NCBI GenBank assembly: GCA_963768055.1
Contig: CAVYGN010000001.1
Coordinates: forward strand, 928,001-992,000
From: an uncultured Spirochaetota bacterium
GTDB lineage: Bacteria > Spirochaetota > Brevinematia > Brevinematales > JAOACQ01
Length of the DNA: 64,000 nt
Reading direction: 5' to 3'
The notes under the pieces were generated by a model. It saw nothing but the letters and a program-made list of their open reading frames with translations. It made no database searches and had not been told where the DNA came from. Below are positions 50,641-58,996 of the stretch, in pieces; position 1 is the stretch's first letter, and the number at the start of each line of letters is the position of its first letter. The position numbers were made by a program, and so were the translations under genes.

Positions 50641-50946
50641 TACCTCAAGCTTGGAAAAAGCATGCATCCCGGGTGAAATTCATCGAATATGTTTCATGGA
50701 GTTTTTCAATAACATGATTATCATCGCATTATCATCAATGATGGAATCGACGGAGAAAAGACCTTTAATTGTCACACTTAATAATCCGTGGAATCCTTTC
50801 AAAATTATCCTTCAGTCAATGCTTGAGAAAAGTGACTATTGATATGATATTGTGAAAAGTTACGATGATTACCGCTGCTGCAGCCCGGGCAAATCTGTGT
50901 CAATCTGCGGAATCTGTGGTTTCAACCCCGGTGTTCCCGGGGTATC

Positions 50947-51021
50947 TGGGCGGTACTGGGATCGAACCAGTGACCCCCTGCGTGTCGAGCAGGTACTCTG
51001 AACCAACTGAGCTAACCGCCC
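50947..51021 (-). tRNA. tRNA-Val(GAC)
   Basis: GGGCGGT-TA-GCTC..GAGT-A-CCTGC-TCGACAC-GCAGG-GGGTC-ACTGG-TTCGATC-CCAGT-ACCGCCC-A; full cloverleaf, CCA not encoded. Confidence 0.95.
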
Positions 51022-51031
51022 TTTATCATTG

Positions 51032-51105
51032 TGGTCGATGCCGGGCTCGAACCGGCGACCTCATGCATGTGAGGCATGCGCTCTAACCAGCTGAGCTAAT
51101 CGACC
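51032..51105 (-). tRNA. tRNA-Val(CAC)
   Basis: GGTCGAT..CATGC-CTCACAT-GCATG..GCCGG-TTCGAGC-CCGGC-ATCGACC-A; full cloverleaf. Confidence 0.95.
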
Positions 51106-51131
51106 GGGAATCAGGCCTCCGGCAGGGTGTA

Positions 51132-51160
51132 ATTATATTATAGAAAAATTTTTTTATCAA
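51132..51160 (-). promoter_or_regulatory. Sigma-70 promoter of the tRNA-Val pair
   Basis: TTGATA-N17-TATAAT followed by a GC-rich discriminator-like stretch. Confidence 0.7.
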
Positions 51161-51265
51161 ATTTAAAAGTTGATTTAAGGATCAAAATTTACATGGAGAC
51201 ACTGAGCCGCGGAGATTTATCCGTGTAAAACCCCGGTAGGCCCGAAGTTAGAAAGCAGGATGGAA

Positions 51266-51835
51266 TTATTTGACTAACAGCTTATCGGCCTTCCAGAACA
51301 TCAAAAGGGATTCGAAGGATGAAATCGAGGAAGCGTTATCGTAAATTTCAACCTGGTACGAGCCGTCTTTCTGGGAAACGATATCTAAAAGGCCCTTGCA
51401 ATTTTTCCTTAGCGAAGCCAGGAACAGCCCCAATAGTCCCGCATCTTTATCTGTCTCTGCCTTTAACAAATATATCTTTTTCCCGGTGTTAACCAATTCG
51501 CTTTCGGAAGGCGGGGCGTTAAGGTCCCCGTTTTTCCGGCAGAGCCATTTAACATAGCTTAGCTGGGCGCTTGTCAGATCATGGAACCACAAACCTACAA
51601 TATTGCCGTTCGAACGGACGACTGAAGCGGGCAGGGTCTGGTCGCCCACTATGATTTTGACCTTGTCGCCGGGCACAAGAAGACTGTTGACCCTTATGCC
51701 TATCCCCTGGGGGGATATGTCGATAACCTCGCAGGAATCGACTTTCCCGTTTCTTTCATAGGAAACTTGCAGATTGACCGCGGCCCTCGGCAGGGCCCTT
51801 ATATCTCCGGTTTCGGCCATATTTAAATTATTCAT
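51266..51835 (-). CDS. PilZ-domain protein
   Basis: RALPR (RxxxR) and DISPQG (DxSxxG) c-di-GMP-binding motifs. Confidence 0.85.
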   Translation of the reverse strand: MNNLNMAETGDIRALPRAAVNLQVSYERNGKVDSCEVIDISPQGIGIRVNSLLVPGDKVKIIVGDQTLPASVVRSNGNIVGLWFHDLTSAQLSYVKWLCRKNGDLNAPPSESELVNTGKKIYLLKAETDKDAGLLGLFLASLRKNCKGLLDIVSQKDGSYQVEIYDNASSISSFESLLMFWKADKLLVK

Positions 51836-52077
51836 ACTGTATACCCCAATCCCCGACTATTCTTACCCTATACCATTATAGAATATCAATAATAAAATTT
51901 CAACATCGCCCTTTCCTGATATGAATATAATATTGGACTGATAAAGAGTATATGCGTAAGATGGATATTTTATTATATTGATATTATTGTAATAAATTTA
52001 ATTTTTAAAATTAATTTATTTTTAAAGCCTGCCGTTTATATAATATGGCCGCAGTATACGGAAAATAGGGGGAGGCT

Positions 52078-53814
52078 GTGTTTTCCTATAAAAAATTATT
52101 CGAACAGTGCGATCATCCCTTTGCGATTATTAACGGGCAGGGGGGCATTATCGAACTCAATAAAAGTTTCAGGACGTTATTTCCCGGTAAGGAAAAGCCC
52201 AACCTGAAAGGTTATTTACCGCCGGATTTTCATATCGCTTTTGAAACGGCTCTTAAAAAAGCGGGGGAAAACATTCCCTCCAGGTTTGAAATAATCGATA
52301 ATTTTCATATACATACCGAACCCAGCTGCCTTGTCGAACTCTTCCCTTTTGAGGAAAACCCCGTAGTGATTTTAGCCGTTATAACCGATATAACGGAGAC
52401 AAAAAGAAGGGAGAATTCCCTTATTATGGCGTCTTCCGGCTGGCGCCTTATTATCGATTCGATAACGGACGCCATATGCCTCACCGATCCGGACGGCCAG
52501 GTTATACGCCTCAATTCGATGTTTGCAAATGTCGTAAAAGCCGGATTTCTTGACGTACTCGGCAAAAGCCTTTTCTCATACTTTCCCGGCCTGTCGGGGC
52601 CGCATGAACAGATGAAAAGCGGCGCTGTCAAGGGAAGATACCGGGGCGAATTCGAATGGTCCGGCTTCATTTTCAGGATCATAGCATACCCTTACAGGAG
52701 CGAGACCGACAGGATATCGGGGATAATTTATATATTTCAGGACATCACGGATGAAAAAAAAGCTGAAAGGGCTTTAAAAGAGGCGGAAGTCCGACTTTCG
52801 GAAATCATGGACGCAATAGCCTCCCCGATCTTTTTCAAGGACCTTGACAATGTTTACAGGGGATGCAATAAGGCTTTCAGCGATTACGTGGGTTTCCCGG
52901 TCGAAAAGATCATCGGGGGTACGATGTTCGATATTTTCCCTAAAGAAAGGGCCGAACTTTACCTGAAAAGGGACGATGAGCTTATCATCAGGGGGGGAAG
53001 GCAGAGTTTTGAAACGAAGGACCTTTTCGCGGACGGTACCGTCAGGAATGTCATAGTCAATAAATCGCTGATCTTCAGCAATAAAAGCGAGCCTGAAGGG
53101 ATTGTAGGAATAATAGTGGATATTACGGACCTCAAAAAAGCCGAGGAAAGGATCAGTGCGGACCTCAGGGAAAAGGAGGTCCTGTTAAAAGAAATTCACC
53201 ACAGGGTGAAAAACAACCTCAATATCATCGGGTCTCTTCTCGGTCTGAAAAGGGACAGTGCGGATAATCCTGAAGTTAGGGATGTTCTTACCGAAAGCAT
53301 ATCGAGGGTCTATTCCATGGCCCTGATCCATGAAAAACTGTACAGGTCCGAGAATTTATCCATGATCAAGGTCTGTGATTACCTTGACAGCATTTCAGGT
53401 TCGGTTCTTTCCAATTATAACCTGAATATTCCCATTAAAATCGAAAAAACATGCACCGATATCTGCCTTGATATCGAAAAAATGATACCTTTCGGCCTTA
53501 TAATAAACGAATTAATGACTAATTCCATCAAATATGCCTTTGGGACGAGTACCAAAGGCACAAGTGTTTTCAGCGAAACTAATGAGGGGACAATATGGAT
53601 CGTTGTAGAGACGACCGGGAAAGGGATGATCAGGCTTGTTTACCGTGACAACGGGCCGGGCATACCCGCAAGCGTTAACACCGATAATCCCGTTACGCTC
53701 GGCATGCAGTTGATAAGGGACCTTGTTAAACAACTTCATGGAAATATGATGATAATCAGGAACATGGGAACGCATTACGAGATCGAATTTCCATATGCTG
53801 ATAAAGAATGCTGA
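52078..53814 (+). CDS. Multi-PAS histidine kinase (HisKA_2 type)
   Basis: Three PAS-like domains, KEIHHRVKNNL, NELMTNSIKYAF, DNGPGIP and LGMQL. Confidence 0.92.
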   Translation: MFSYKKLFEQCDHPFAIINGQGGIIELNKSFRTLFPGKEKPNLKGYLPPDFHIAFETALKKAGENIPSRFEIIDNFHIHTEPSCLVELFPFEENPVVILAVITDITETKRRENSLIMASSGWRLIIDSITDAICLTDPDGQVIRLNSMFANVVKAGFLDVLGKSLFSYFPGLSGPHEQMKSGAVKGRYRGEFEWSGFIFRIIAYPYRSETDRISGIIYIFQDITDEKKAERALKEAEVRLSEIMDAIASPIFFKDLDNVYRGCNKAFSDYVGFPVEKIIGGTMFDIFPKERAELYLKRDDELIIRGGRQSFETKDLFADGTVRNVIVNKSLIFSNKSEPEGIVGIIVDITDLKKAEERISADLREKEVLLKEIHHRVKNNLNIIGSLLGLKRDSADNPEVRDVLTESISRVYSMALIHEKLYRSENLSMIKVCDYLDSISGSVLSNYNLNIPIKIEKTCTDICLDIEKMIPFGLIINELMTNSIKYAFGTSTKGTSVFSETNEGTIWIVVETTGKGMIRLVYRDNGPGIPASVNTDNPVTLGMQLIRDLVKQLHGNMMIIRNMGTHYEIEFPYADKEC

Positions 53815-53829
53815 AAAAAGGCTGAATAC

Positions 53830-55188
53830 ATGCTCAATTTTTATTTAATTATCATTGTTTTGGGTCTGGCGGCAGGCTCTTTTCTAATGATCCGATGGCT
53901 TATGGGATTTGTAAAGCCCGATATTGTCACAAATAGAATTTCCAGGCTCATTGCCCTTAAAAATTATAGCGAGGCCCTGGATACCGGCCTCAAGCTGATA
54001 AAAGAAAAAGCCTCGTCGTATTCTTTGCTCCAGAATATAGCAAAGGCTTACGAAGGGCTTTACCAGTACAGGCATGCGATAGAATTTTATGAGAAAAGCA
54101 TTGTATTACTAAAAAGGGAAAGCCAATTGTCCCTGAGGCACGATATCTACAATAAGCTTGCAGAATTATATATGATTATCCGCGAACCGGATAGCGCCCT
54201 CGGATATTACAATCTTATTCTAAGGGAAAATAGAAACAATATGAAGGCGCTTTTTTTTTCAGCCAAGCTTCTTCACTTTCAAAAACAGCTGCAGAAATCG
54301 AGGGAACGGCTTGAAATTTACATTAAGGCCAGGCCTAATGAAATCGTTCCGCTCCTGCTTCTTGCAAATGTTTATTACGAACAGGGGGAATATCCGAAAT
54401 CCCTCGGAATACTGGATGTGATCGGCAGACAAACCGATGAAATGGCATCGCTGCGCGATGAAGAAATTTTATTTCTGCAGGCTAAAAATCAAGTCGGGCT
54501 GAAAAATTTTTCGAAAGCGCTGCCGTATCTTAAAAACCTTCTTGACAGGGGCTCGATGACCGGGGAAGCTCTCCCTTTATATATAATCGCCCTTGTTCGC
54601 GATAAAAAAATCAACGCGGCCATGATTCTTTATAGCGACAACCAGTCGGTTCTGGGGTCCAGGAAAATGGATGTAATGTATGAGATAGCAGAGGCCTATT
54701 TCGACGAGGGCGATATCTATAAAGCCCTGGATACCTGGAAAAAGGTGTCCGAAGAGAACCCGAATTTTCTCGACATTAAAAATATTATGTCCAGGTATAA
54801 GGTTCTATTTGAAAATGTTGCTCTTGCGAAATATTTCACGGCCGATGAGAACGAATTCCAGGAATACGTACTTAAGAAGTTCCAGGCCCCGATGAATGCT
54901 GTTATCGAGCGGGGAAGAGACTATTGGATCATTAAAAGCGGAAAGGAGGCGGTGGTCCTTTACCGCAAAGCCGGCCAGATATCGCCCGATGCCATGAATA
55001 GAATTACAGATACCCTGAAAGGAAATTCTCTTTACGGCATATATTCCTATATTTATACATTATTCGGAGTTGAGGAAAGCTGCAAGGAGTATACCTTTTA
55101 TAAAAGTTCTAAGGAAATATCCGGAAAAGATTTTGTGGATTTTTTTATTAACGATAATATCGCCGAACCGGAAGAAAGAGGTGAATGA
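53830..55188 (+). CDS. Membrane-anchored TPR protein (paralog of 27011..28393)
   Basis: N-terminal TM, TPRs and shared C-terminal domain. Confidence 0.75.
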   Translation: MLNFYLIIIVLGLAAGSFLMIRWLMGFVKPDIVTNRISRLIALKNYSEALDTGLKLIKEKASSYSLLQNIAKAYEGLYQYRHAIEFYEKSIVLLKRESQLSLRHDIYNKLAELYMIIREPDSALGYYNLILRENRNNMKALFFSAKLLHFQKQLQKSRERLEIYIKARPNEIVPLLLLANVYYEQGEYPKSLGILDVIGRQTDEMASLRDEEILFLQAKNQVGLKNFSKALPYLKNLLDRGSMTGEALPLYIIALVRDKKINAAMILYSDNQSVLGSRKMDVMYEIAEAYFDEGDIYKALDTWKKVSEENPNFLDIKNIMSRYKVLFENVALAKYFTADENEFQEYVLKKFQAPMNAVIERGRDYWIIKSGKEAVVLYRKAGQISPDAMNRITDTLKGNSLYGIYSYIYTLFGVEESCKEYTFYKSSKEISGKDFVDFFINDNIAEPEERGE

Positions 55189-55910
55189 TTATGGAAAAAG
55201 AAAAAATACTGATTGTCGAAGATGAAATTATTATAGCCAGGGATACGGAATCGAGGCTTAAGAAAATAGGTTACAATGTTACAGGCATAGCCGAGACCCA
55301 TGAGGAGACTTTGACATTGATTGAAAAAGAAACGCCGGATCTGATCTTGATGGATATTAAAATAAGGGGGCAGGTAGACGGGATCAGCTCCGCAATCGAA
55401 ATATGGGAACGATTCAAAATACCCGTAATATTCCTGACCGCGTATTCCGACGACGTTACCCTTGCCAGGGCAAGGTTATCGAATTTCTACGGCTTCCTTA
55501 TAAAACCGATAAAGGAGAACGAATTTAAAATTGCGGTGGAAAACGCGCTTTACAAGGCTCATGGCGATTCTTTAATGAAATTATCGGCGGACTATTTTTT
55601 ATCAATCCTTGAAAACCTTACCCTGGGGATCATTGCATCCGATAACGACAATTTCATAGTCTATATGAACGAAAAAGCCTGTTCCTGGCTGGAACTTACA
55701 GAAGAACCTGTCGGGCTCAATATTAACGAGGTTTTCGTTAAAACCGGCGAACCTAAGGAAGAGCCTGATGAATTTCTTAAAAAATCCGTGCAGTTGATTT
55801 TAAAGGGCGGTAAAAAAATAAACGCCTTTTACGGGATTTACAATATTAACTGGAAGAACGAACGCATGGGAACAGTCATTCAATTCATAAAGACTAAGGC
55901 CTGCGGCTAA
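55185..55910 (+). CDS. Response regulator (receiver + PAS-like domain)
   Basis: ILIVEDE, LMDI, FLTAYSD and IKP motifs; PAS-like C-terminus. Confidence 0.88.
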   Translation: MIMEKEKILIVEDEIIIARDTESRLKKIGYNVTGIAETHEETLTLIEKETPDLILMDIKIRGQVDGISSAIEIWERFKIPVIFLTAYSDDVTLARARLSNFYGFLIKPIKENEFKIAVENALYKAHGDSLMKLSADYFLSILENLTLGIIASDNDNFIVYMNEKACSWLELTEEPVGLNINEVFVKTGEPKEEPDEFLKKSVQLILKGGKKINAFYGIYNINWKNERMGTVIQFIKTKACG

Positions 55911-56020
55911 ACCCCGACTCTTTCTTTAAACAAAATTCCTTTTTTTATTTTTAATTATTTGTGTAAATATGCCGTATATTCTATAGTATTAGGACTTTAA
56001 GACGCCGGAGGCACTATCGA

Positions 56021-56905
56021 ATGACAGTCATGCTTAACGGTGAAACGCTCGACGTCACATTTGAGAATGAGAAAACCGTTTTTGACGTCGTGGAATCTCT
56101 CAGCAAAGAATTGAATAAAAAAGAGATAATTATTACATCGATAAACCTCGATAATAAAAATTATAATATAGATGACGATGAATTGAATAAAATATATATT
56201 GAAAAAATTAAATCAATGGACGTCGAAGCATCCACCAAAGAGGAGCTTGTAGAAACCCTCCTTGAAGAATGTAAAAAAGTTCTTGGCAATATCGCTGCAG
56301 ATATAAGGGAAAATTCCTTTACCCATGCCGGGGAATTCTCAGAACTTCTGGCATGGGTAAAAGAGACCCTTGAAACGATCAACCGCCTTGCTTTCTTCAA
56401 TCTGGCCGAGGCTAAATTGATCACATCGACTATAGACCAGATAAAGACTTTTTCCGATAACGAAGACAGGGACAAAACCAGGTACGGGTCTATAGTAAGC
56501 ATCATCGAAAGTCTTATTAAATATATAGACGCTCTAAGGTTTAAATTTTCAGCGAACTATTCGATAAGCAGGGAGGAAATTTTAGAAGCGGTAGGCGAAA
56601 GCCTTACCATACTTCCCGAGATTTCCGAAGCTTTTCAGATGGGTAAGGACCGTGAGGCCTTCGATAAGATCAATAAAATAATAAGCGTTCTTGAAATTTG
56701 TTCGGTTTATCTAAGAAAAAACTACGATAAATTTTCCGATATGGAAAAAACTGATATCGGCAATTTATATGAAGATATCAATGTCCTTCTGACTCGGATC
56801 GTTGAAGCTTTCGAGAACAGCGATGCGGTCCTTTTGGGGGACCTGTTGGAATATGAGCTTCCTGAAAAGCTTGAAAGTTATAAACGGATAATATTAAAAG
56901 GATGA
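56021..56905 (+). CDS. Hypothetical helical protein heading the chemotaxis operon
   Basis: Long ORF with GGAGG RBS, 3 bp from cheR; C-terminal AFENSDAVLLGDLLEYEL. Confidence 0.65.
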   Translation: MTVMLNGETLDVTFENEKTVFDVVESLSKELNKKEIIITSINLDNKNYNIDDDELNKIYIEKIKSMDVEASTKEELVETLLEECKKVLGNIAADIRENSFTHAGEFSELLAWVKETLETINRLAFFNLAEAKLITSTIDQIKTFSDNEDRDKTRYGSIVSIIESLIKYIDALRFKFSANYSISREEILEAVGESLTILPEISEAFQMGKDREAFDKINKIISVLEICSVYLRKNYDKFSDMEKTDIGNLYEDINVLLTRIVEAFENSDAVLLGDLLEYELPEKLESYKRIILKG

Positions 56906-56908
56906 GTC

Positions 56909-57739
56909 ATGGATCTTGCAGCCTTTGAATTAAATGAAAATGATTTAAAATATATTGCCGATCTCGTTTATGAAAATTGCGGGATCGTCTTTAAAGATTC
57001 GAATTTAAGCGTGCTTATCAGCCGGATTTCCACAAAATTGAAGGAAAAAAATCTCGCTTCTTACGAATATCTGAAATTGTTAAGAACGAATAAAAATGAA
57101 CTCGCCGCATTTATAGATTTCGTTACTACAAATTTTACGAGTTTTTTCAGGAATCCGAAACAATTTGAAATATTAAAGGAAGATATTCTGCCGGAGGTCG
57201 TCAAAAGGAATTCCGCCTCAAAAATTGTCAAGATCTGGAGCGCGGGTTGTTCCACAGGCGAAGAGGCTTACTCAATTTTAATGGTCGTCGATGATTTTTT
57301 CAGGGAAAGCAATCTGGCCGCAGGGGGCTGGCGTTATCAAATCGTCGCATCGGATATAAGCCTGGAAAGCCTGTTTTTTGCAAAAGAGGGTAAATATTCG
57401 GAGAAAAATATTGAAAAAATTGAAAATCAATACATTGCCAGGTGCTTTGATAAATTGGAGAATTCTTATCTTATCAGGGATGAATTCAAGAAATTGATCA
57501 GGTTCGACTACCATAACCTTATATACGACAACGGTATCAGGGACGTCGACTTGACTTTCTGCCGCAATGTTCTTATATATTTCGATGAAGAGGTTCAGAA
57601 GAAGGTCTTGAGCAACATACAAAAATCCATGAAAGATAAGAGTTTTCTCCTTATAGGTCATTCTGAAAGCCTTATAGGCTTATTCGAGGGTTTCAAACCC
57701 TCTTTTACTGAAAAGGGTATTGTTTATGTCAGACAATAA
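56909..57739 (+). CDS. cheR: Chemotaxis methyltransferase
   Basis: TTNFTSFFR, IWSAGCSTGEEAYS, ASDIS, CRNVLIYF and GHSE motifs. Confidence 0.95.
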   Translation: MDLAAFELNENDLKYIADLVYENCGIVFKDSNLSVLISRISTKLKEKNLASYEYLKLLRTNKNELAAFIDFVTTNFTSFFRNPKQFEILKEDILPEVVKRNSASKIVKIWSAGCSTGEEAYSILMVVDDFFRESNLAAGGWRYQIVASDISLESLFFAKEGKYSEKNIEKIENQYIARCFDKLENSYLIRDEFKKLIRFDYHNLIYDNGIRDVDLTFCRNVLIYFDEEVQKKVLSNIQKSMKDKSFLLIGHSESLIGLFEGFKPSFTEKGIVYVRQ

Positions 57740-58853
57740 TAAGATAAAGGTTCTTGTCGTAGACGATTCAGTGCTTATCAGGAAATATGTGTGCATTATC
57801 CTGGAGGAACTCACAAATATAGAGGTAGTCGGGGTTGCCCATAATGGAAAAATAGCCCTTCAGAAAATCATCCTTTATAAACCCGACGTTGTGATACTCG
57901 ATATCGAAATGCCTGAAATGACCGGCCTTGAACTTCTCAAATACCTTAAGAACAGCGGCGATAAGATATACTGTCCTTTTATTATCATGTTCAGTTCCCT
58001 CCTTAAAGAAGGTTCGGCCGCTACGATCGAGGCGTTAAATTACGGAGCCGCCGATATAATAAAAAAACCCGAGGGCCAGATTTCTGAAAATATCGAGTTT
58101 CTGAAAAAGGAATTCGAACTGAAGATCAACGGCCTTTACCAGGGAAAAATAGAAAAGCGAACGGCTTTTGCTGTTCTTCCGGAGGCTTTACCCGAAGAAA
58201 AGAAAGCTTCCATCTATCCGGCGGCGCTTTCAGGCCTCGGGAACCTTGATACAGTGCTTCAAAATAAACCTATAAATCCCGAACTGGTAGCCATAGGATC
58301 CTCGACAGGCGGCCCCGCGGCTATAAGGATAATTTTAGAAAGCCTCGGCAAGCTTAAGATACCTCTTGTTATAGCCCAGCATATGCCGCAGGGATTTACT
58401 ATGGAATTCGCGAGGAATTTGAGCGCTATTTTCTGCCGTGAAATACTTGAACTGACGCCGAATTCAGCTCTTGAAAAGGGCGTGATTTATATCTGCCCGG
58501 GAGGAGTGCATTCAAAGATCAAGAAAATCGGGGATAATCTTATCTACGATGCAGACTACGGCAATTACGAGGGATTTTTCTTTAAACCGTCGCTTGATAT
58601 TTTTTTCTCTTCGATTAATCAATCCGTCGGAAAAAATACTTTAGGGATAGTTTTAAGCGGAATGGGGAAAGACGGATCTTCAGAATCGGTAAATTTAAGA
58701 AAATCCGGGGCCATAATGATCGCCCAGGATAAGGAAAGTTCGGTAATCTGGGGTATGCCTGGAAACTCTGTAAAAAACGGCGGAATTGATATTATTCTGG
58801 ACGTAAAAGAAATTGGAGAAGCAATCAATATTATTGCATCCAAAAACCGATAA
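57720..58853 (+). CDS. cheB: Chemotaxis methylesterase/response regulator
   Basis: Receiver (VVDDS, LDIEMP); GSSTGG, QHMP and SGMGKDG. Confidence 0.95.
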   Translation: MFMSDNNKIKVLVVDDSVLIRKYVCIILEELTNIEVVGVAHNGKIALQKIILYKPDVVILDIEMPEMTGLELLKYLKNSGDKIYCPFIIMFSSLLKEGSAATIEALNYGAADIIKKPEGQISENIEFLKKEFELKINGLYQGKIEKRTAFAVLPEALPEEKKASIYPAALSGLGNLDTVLQNKPINPELVAIGSSTGGPAAIRIILESLGKLKIPLVIAQHMPQGFTMEFARNLSAIFCREILELTPNSALEKGVIYICPGGVHSKIKKIGDNLIYDADYGNYEGFFFKPSLDIFFSSINQSVGKNTLGIVLSGMGKDGSSESVNLRKSGAIMIAQDKESSVIWGMPGNSVKNGGIDIILDVKEIGEAINIIASKNR

Positions 58854-58996
58854 AAATGAATCGGTACCGCTGCCAACAATAAAACAATTGTTGATATAAT
58901 TGCAAATTTAAAATATACTTTTTAGGGAGTATCTATCGGCTTTCGGATAGGAAGCTTTGAGCCCTTTATGCTTACGCGATTAGAAAATAGGGAGGC

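Noticed and set aside
44668..50990. CRISPR array
   Set aside because: Repeats are tRNA-derived and kilobases apart; no cas genes
46666..51086. Called ORFs sharing TAAAARANLCQSAESVVSTPVFPG (46666, 47715, 47801, 50865)
   Set aside because: Translations of the antisense tRNA repeat and leader, not a protein family
58920..58990. Riboswitch in the cheA leader
   Set aside because: Only a short CTATC...GATAG stem; no c-di-GMP or other aptamer consensus recognised
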